A DNA stretch of 64,000 bases from Clostridia bacterium (GTDB lineage: Bacteria; Bacillota; Clostridia; RGIG6154): positions 294-64,293 of the forward strand of contig JAZRDC010000100.1 in NCBI GenBank assembly GCA_045660065.1, read 5' to 3'. How positions within the stretch are numbered: the stretch's first letter is position 1; every line of letters starts with the position of its first letter. Positions 59,274-64,000 of the stretch are shown in pieces. A model generated the notes under the pieces. That model was not told the DNA's origin. It saw nothing but the letters and a program-made list of their open reading frames with translations, and did not search any database. The translations under genes and the position numbers were made by a program.

Positions 59274-62200
59274 TTAAAGCCACTCTGTAGTATTGTCGTC
59301 AAGGAAATAGATGCAGGCTTTGATTTTAGCATCTTTGTATATTGTGCGTAAAGCAAGACAATAAAATTCAAGTTGTTTTTTGTAATTTGCAATTTTTGAG
59401 GACTTGTTTTGTTGAGTAATTCTGTCAGATTTAAAGTCGATAATTGTGTATACGTCACCATCTTTAAAGTAACAGTCAATTACACCTTGAAGTTGAACTT
59501 TAAGGCTGTCTTTAGTTGGAATATCAAACTTTTCAGATATGTGTATGTTAAAGGGCACTTCACGTTTAACAAAATCAGAATTTTGAAGTTTTTGCCCAAG
59601 TTCACTGCTAAAGAATGCAAACATTTTCTCAAATGGGATAAGTTTTGCCTGATCTTCAGTTATAACATTATTTAATACAAGATTTTCTGTAAATTGCCTG
59701 ATATCTTCAGCAGAAGATATGTTTTTTAAATCTATTAATTCAAAAACCTTGTGAATTATACTTCCTCGCTGTGCAGAAGTGGTGATATCGGGATTGTCAA
59801 TATCAGACAGGGTTATTAATTTTTCAAAATAGTCTTTGTAATCAGATTCAGTTTCAATATATCTTTTTAATTCTGATACTGAGTATTTTGAAAAAACACC
59901 TTGCCCGAAGTCGGGAACACTATATTCAAGTTTTTCTCGGATTTCATCAGCAATATCTACGCTTAAAATATCTGCGGTGTGATTGTTGTTTTCAGTAACA
60001 GAAAAATCAATATGGTCCATAAAGTTCAGAGCGATGCCGGATAATTCTGTGATAGTGTTAGATGCATAACCGAATTTGTCAAGAACTTTTTCAGAGCATT
60101 TGTGTCTTAACACAGAAAGCATAATCCACATCAGATAACTTTTGGCAGACTTGGTGATATGTGCAGGGTACTTGTATGTCTGCTCATACATAGCGTTTGA
60201 TAGTTTTTCCAAAAAGTTGGCGTGATTTTCAACTGAACCAATTAAAATCAACTTCTCTTTGGCACGGGTTAAAGCAACATATAACACACGCAATTCTTCG
60301 GACATATATTCATCTGAAATAACAGAAGATATTGCAGACCTTAGCGGTGATTTGATTTTAGAGTGCTTTTCGCTGTTTATATAATCAAACGCAATGCCTA
60401 AATTTTTATGAAAAAGTAGTCTTGATGAAAGGTCTATATTTCTTAATGCACGGCCCAACATCGGAATAATAACCACAGGATATTCCAAACCTTTACTTTT
60501 GTGCATGGTAGTAATGGTAACAACATCACTTGTATCAGGCAGAATTTTGGGACTGAGCATTCCTTGTGAATGAGATGAAAAACTGTCAATATACAATAAA
60601 AAACCAAATAAATTACCTGCTGAAGATTTAACATAATTGTTTGCAAGGCGCAAAAAATATCTTAAATTCTGAACTCTTTGTGTTCCACCGGGCATAGTTG
60701 CAGAAAATTCCAACAACATGTTTTTCTGTATTATGAGATTGCAAAGTTCATAAACCGAGAGGGTAGAGGCCTGTTTTTTATAAAATTCAAGATCTTTCAG
60801 GAAAATGGTTATTTTTTCATTTTCAAAATTTTTCAGTTTTTCATAAAAGGCAACGTCTTTACCGCCACTTAAGTTAATTTCCATCAACAAATCATCGCTG
60901 AATTTGTAAAAAAGACTTCTTAGAATAGAAATTAATGCAATATCATTGTATGGATTGTCAATTATTTTTAAAAGAGAAATTACTGTCTGAACTTCTATTG
61001 ACGAAAGAAGCAGTTCCTTTCCACCGTCATTGTAGACAGGAATTCCGCATTTTGTGAGGAAAGTTGCCATTTCATCTGAAACATTTTTTGAATTTCTCAG
61101 CAGAATTACTATATCTTTATATGATATATTTCGCATTGAGTTAGTTTTTCTGTCAAAAACTTGATATCCTGAACTTATCAGATTGTTGATTTTTCTGGCA
61201 ATAACAGCACTTTCTTGTTCAATTCCCGAAAAGTCTGTATATTCGTTTTTTTCTATTACTTCAATTTCGACTGCATCGTCGTTTTCTGGGTAGTTTGCTC
61301 CGTAATGTAAAGATTCATTTTCACCATAGTCAATTTCGCCCATATTTTTGCTCATTAACTGTTCAAAAACAAGGTTTGAAAAGTCAAGAATATTTTTTCT
61401 GCTTCGGAAATTGCTTGAAAGGAAAATTCTTTTCCCGGTGTTGTTATCGTCATCTGAATAACTTTCAGTTTTATTTAAAAACAATTCAGGTGCGGTGTTT
61501 CTGAAGCGGTAAATACTTTGTTTCATATCACCAACCATAAATATGTTGGATTTTCCACCTGAAACTGCGTTTAAAATTGCTTCCTGCACATCATTAGTAT
61601 CCTGATATTCATCAACAATTATTTCATCAAAATCTTCAGAAATCTGTTTTGCACATTCACTTGGATTACCTTCTTCATCAGTCAGAATGTTGATGGCAAT
61701 ATGTTCTAAATCATTAAAATCGAGTAAGTTCAGTGTGCGTTTTTTTAAAGTGTAGATTTCATCAAGTTTTTTTACAAGATTCACCAGTTCTTTAATGTGA
61801 GGATATTGCAACGCAGAAAATTCTTTGATATGTTCAACAGAATATGCAAGATATTGTTCTTTGATATTGGCGATGATATTTTTTATAACATCTTTTTTTC
61901 TTCTGAAATCAATTATTAAAGCAGAGTTTTTAATTTTGTCATCACTAATAGAAGGAAAATTCTTGATTTTCAATTCATTGAAAGCATCATATGCAGAACC
62001 ATAGTCAGTTAGTTTGTTTAAGCAGTCTTTGATGCTTATAAGATCTGCGCTGACAGACGGTAAAATATATTTATTTGCAATTTCAATTTCATCGGGCGCC
62101 TGAAGATTGCTTATGTCATCGGCAAATTTACCTAAAACTTCTAAAGCGTAAGTTGAATTTTCACGGGCTTTGCATGAGAAAAGTTCAAGCCAGGAAAAAT

Positions 62201-62810
62201 CTTCAGGGGATTTATACATTTCCACCACATTATCAAGCCATTTGTTTGGATAAGGGACGGAGCGGGAAAAATTATACAGATTTAAAACCATATCAGGTAA
62301 CGCTGAATCATTTTTATAACTCGTATAACTTCCTGCAAAATCTAAAAATGCTTCTGTTCCTTCTTCATATTCATTTTCAATTAATTGCTCGACTGCCTGT
62401 GAAAGCAAAAGATTGCTTCTGTCAGGCTCTGCCAGAGAATAGTCAGGTGAAAGTTCTGCTTTTTCAAAATTTTCTTTTATAATTTTAGAGCAGAATGAAT
62501 GCAGGGTGGAAATATTAGCCCCCGGGAGTAATAAAAGTTGTCTGTGATACAAGTTTTTTTCTTCCTGACTTATGTCAGAACGGATTTTATCTTCAAGAGC
62601 ATTTGCAATATTTTCACGCATCTGTGCCGCGGCAGCCTGAGTGAATGTAACAACCAACAGACGGTCTATATCTGTCTTGTCGAGCATTCTTATTATTCTT
62701 TCAACTAAAACAGCAGTTTTACCTGAACCTGCGGCGGCTGAAACGATAACGGAACTTTGGTGATATTCAATTGCTTTTTTTTGACTATCGGTCCATTTTA
62801 CATCACTCAT
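59274..62810 (-). CDS. addA: ATP-dependent helicase/nuclease subunit A
   Basis: MSDVKWTDSQKKAIEYHQSSVIVSAAAGSGKTAVLVERI UvrD-like helicase motifs; C-terminal RecB nuclease domain; RBS GGAGGTGA. Confidence 0.85.
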   Translation of the reverse strand: MSDVKWTDSQKKAIEYHQSSVIVSAAAGSGKTAVLVERIIRMLDKTDIDRLLVVTFTQAAAAQMRENIANALEDKIRSDISQEEKNLYHRQLLLLPGANISTLHSFCSKIIKENFEKAELSPDYSLAEPDRSNLLLSQAVEQLIENEYEEGTEAFLDFAGSYTSYKNDSALPDMVLNLYNFSRSVPYPNKWLDNVVEMYKSPEDFSWLELFSCKARENSTYALEVLGKFADDISNLQAPDEIEIANKYILPSVSADLISIKDCLNKLTDYGSAYDAFNELKIKNFPSISDDKIKNSALIIDFRRKKDVIKNIIANIKEQYLAYSVEHIKEFSALQYPHIKELVNLVKKLDEIYTLKKRTLNLLDFNDLEHIAINILTDEEGNPSECAKQISEDFDEIIVDEYQDTNDVQEAILNAVSGGKSNIFMVGDMKQSIYRFRNTAPELFLNKTESYSDDDNNTGKRIFLSSNFRSRKNILDFSNLVFEQLMSKNMGEIDYGENESLHYGANYPENDDAVEIEVIEKNEYTDFSGIEQESAVIARKINNLISSGYQVFDRKTNSMRNISYKDIVILLRNSKNVSDEMATFLTKCGIPVYNDGGKELLLSSIEVQTVISLLKIIDNPYNDIALISILRSLFYKFSDDLLMEINLSGGKDVAFYEKLKNFENEKITIFLKDLEFYKKQASTLSVYELCNLIIQKNMLLEFSATMPGGTQRVQNLRYFLRLANNYVKSSAGNLFGFLLYIDSFSSHSQGMLSPKILPDTSDVVTITTMHKSKGLEYPVVIIPMLGRALRNIDLSSRLLFHKNLGIAFDYINSEKHSKIKSPLRSAISSVISDEYMSEELRVLYVALTRAKEKLILIGSVENHANFLEKLSNAMYEQTYKYPAHITKSAKSYLMWIMLSVLRHKCSEKVLDKFGYASNTITELSGIALNFMDHIDFSVTENNNHTADILSVDIADEIREKLEYSVPDFGQGVFSKYSVSELKRYIETESDYKDYFEKLITLSDIDNPDITTSAQRGSIIHKVFELIDLKNISSAEDIRQFTENLVLNNVITEDQAKLIPFEKMFAFFSSELGQKLQNSDFVKREVPFNIHISEKFDIPTKDSLKVQLQGVIDCYFKDGDVYTIIDFKSDRITQQNKSSKIANYKKQLEFYCLALRTIYKDAKIKACIYFLDDNTTEWL

Positions 62811-64000
62811 CTGTTTCACCTCCGTTATTATATAGTTCATTGAAAATTTCATCTTTGGTTATTTTTTTAACATATCTGCAGGAATTATGTTTTGGGTCAA
62901 AACCGCAACAAGACGCATAGTCGCAGTATTCACATGAGGAAATGCTCATGTCGGTTAATGGTGAAATTTCAAAATTTCCGCTTAAAATATGATCAGAAAA
63001 TTCACCACATCTTTCAAGAACTTTGTTTGTAATATATTCATATTCAGCAGAATTTAAAAATCTTTGTGTTGAGTAGCCCGATTTTGTAGCCCTTGCCGAA
63101 ATTACATCTGAATATCCGTCAAATTCTTTGTGATTTTTCAGAATAGTTTCTTCGCTATCTTCACCAACCATATATCCCGAAAGCCTGAATTCTTTCATTA
63201 TTTTGTCTTCTGCTTCACTTGGGGTAATTGTTCCTGAATATTCAATTATCGGGTTAGTTATTGCCAGATAGAACATTCCACCCGGTTTACCGAGTCTGTT
63301 CTTTAAAGCAGCGCTATATACAAACAACTGAAGCGAGAATCCTTGATAAACTTTAGACAAGTCAATGTCGTGAGGACTTGATTTATAGTCAACAATTCTG
63401 AAATAACCATCGCCCGTGTCAACACGGTCAATCTTACCGAACAGAGTCATTTTGTTACCTTTCGGTGTATCGCAGGTAAGCGGTGGAACTAAATCACTTT
63501 TGGACAAGTCAAGTTCAGCGGTGTAAGGTGTAAAAACACCTGAATTGATGTGGTGAACAACCGCCCACATAGCATCGCATGCTGCTTTTTTTAATTTTTC
63601 AACAGCAAATTCATATCTTTTGCTTAAAATGGGCAGTTTTGTTAAAACCTCATTTAAAGCACCTTCAGATAGTTCTCGTGTTTTATTATAACAATCTTCT
63701 TTACTTATTGAATTCCAGTCTATTTTATTTTCGGTAATATAAGCAGAATAATCCTCAAGTATTTTGTGAATAAATGTTCCGGCATCAGGTGAATCAAAAC
63801 TGTAAACTTTTTTAGGAAATATTCCCAAACCGTATTTCATAAAATAGGCAAACGGACATTTGGAAAAACTTTCAAGACGGGATACAGTTGTATTGATTTT
63901 ATCTCCCCAGATTTTGGAGATGAGTTCTTGTGAAAGTTTAGCGGACAAATCATAAGTTTTTCCCGAAAGTACATAATTCAACTTGTCTTTATATTTTTCA
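62803..64000 (-). CDS. addB: ATP-dependent helicase/deoxyribonuclease subunit B (C-terminal part; N-terminus beyond window)
   Basis: C-terminal nuclease/Fe-S region with CEYCDYASCCGF...C motif; overlaps addA start by 8 nt. Confidence 0.75.
   Translation of the reverse strand, partial: EKYKDKLNYVLSGKTYDLSAKLSQELISKIWGDKINTTVSRLESFSKCPFAYFMKYGLGIFPKKVYSFDSPDAGTFIHKILEDYSAYITENKIDWNSISKEDCYNKTRELSEGALNEVLTKLPILSKRYEFAVEKLKKAACDAMWAVVHHINSGVFTPYTAELDLSKSDLVPPLTCDTPKGNKMTLFGKIDRVDTGDGYFRIVDYKSSPHDIDLSKVYQGFSLQLFVYSAALKNRLGKPGGMFYLAITNPIIEYSGTITPSEAEDKIMKEFRLSGYMVGEDSEETILKNHKEFDGYSDVISARATKSGYSTQRFLNSAEYEYITNKVLERCGEFSDHILSGNFEISPLTDMSISSCEYCDYASCCGFDPKHNSCRYVKKITKDEIFNELYNNGGETDE

Overview
Low-GC Firmicutes/Clostridia-type chromosomal window. 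The housekeeping backbone is: LysR regulator, Na+/solute symporter, SRP RNA-dnaX-ybaB, purC, pepD, OPT transporter, acyl-CoA ligase, NSS transporter, a small-protein cluster, a capsule/EPS locus, tRNA-Ser, a TPP-riboswitch-controlled thi operon and addAB.

The main result is that the spore spoVA operon (spoVAC-spoVAD-spoVAE) carries about 17.7 kb of inserted DNA in two blocks.

(1) An ~8.6 kb island lies between spoVAC and spoVAD. It carries a tyrosine recombinase, a TetR regulator and four tandem paralogs with a TasA/camelysin-type N-terminus (the kind of signal peptide cut by SipW). Their C-terminal domains are diverse: right-handed beta-helix, BspA-like leucine-rich repeats and an unknown domain. 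Each cassette repeats a terminator module followed by a palindromic operator.

(2) A ~9.1 kb skin-like intervening element sits inside the spoVAD coding sequence, splitting it after codon ...MAP. It encodes a large serine recombinase and has an attP-like inverted-arm architecture (TTATGGTGT ... CCCCT core ... ACACCATAA). Its cargo is a transcobalamin-like SLH/DUF4430 surface protein, a DUF4430 lipoprotein and an unusual fused ECF-type transporter (A1-A2-membrane domain in one chain).

Joining the two spoVAD fragments at the shared CCCCT core restores an intact, in-frame spoVAD.

Two further notable points: an in-frame TAA interrupts dnaX at the Walker-B YIIDE position, and a 20-bp direct repeat of the tRNA-Ser 3' end lies 180 bp downstream of that tRNA.
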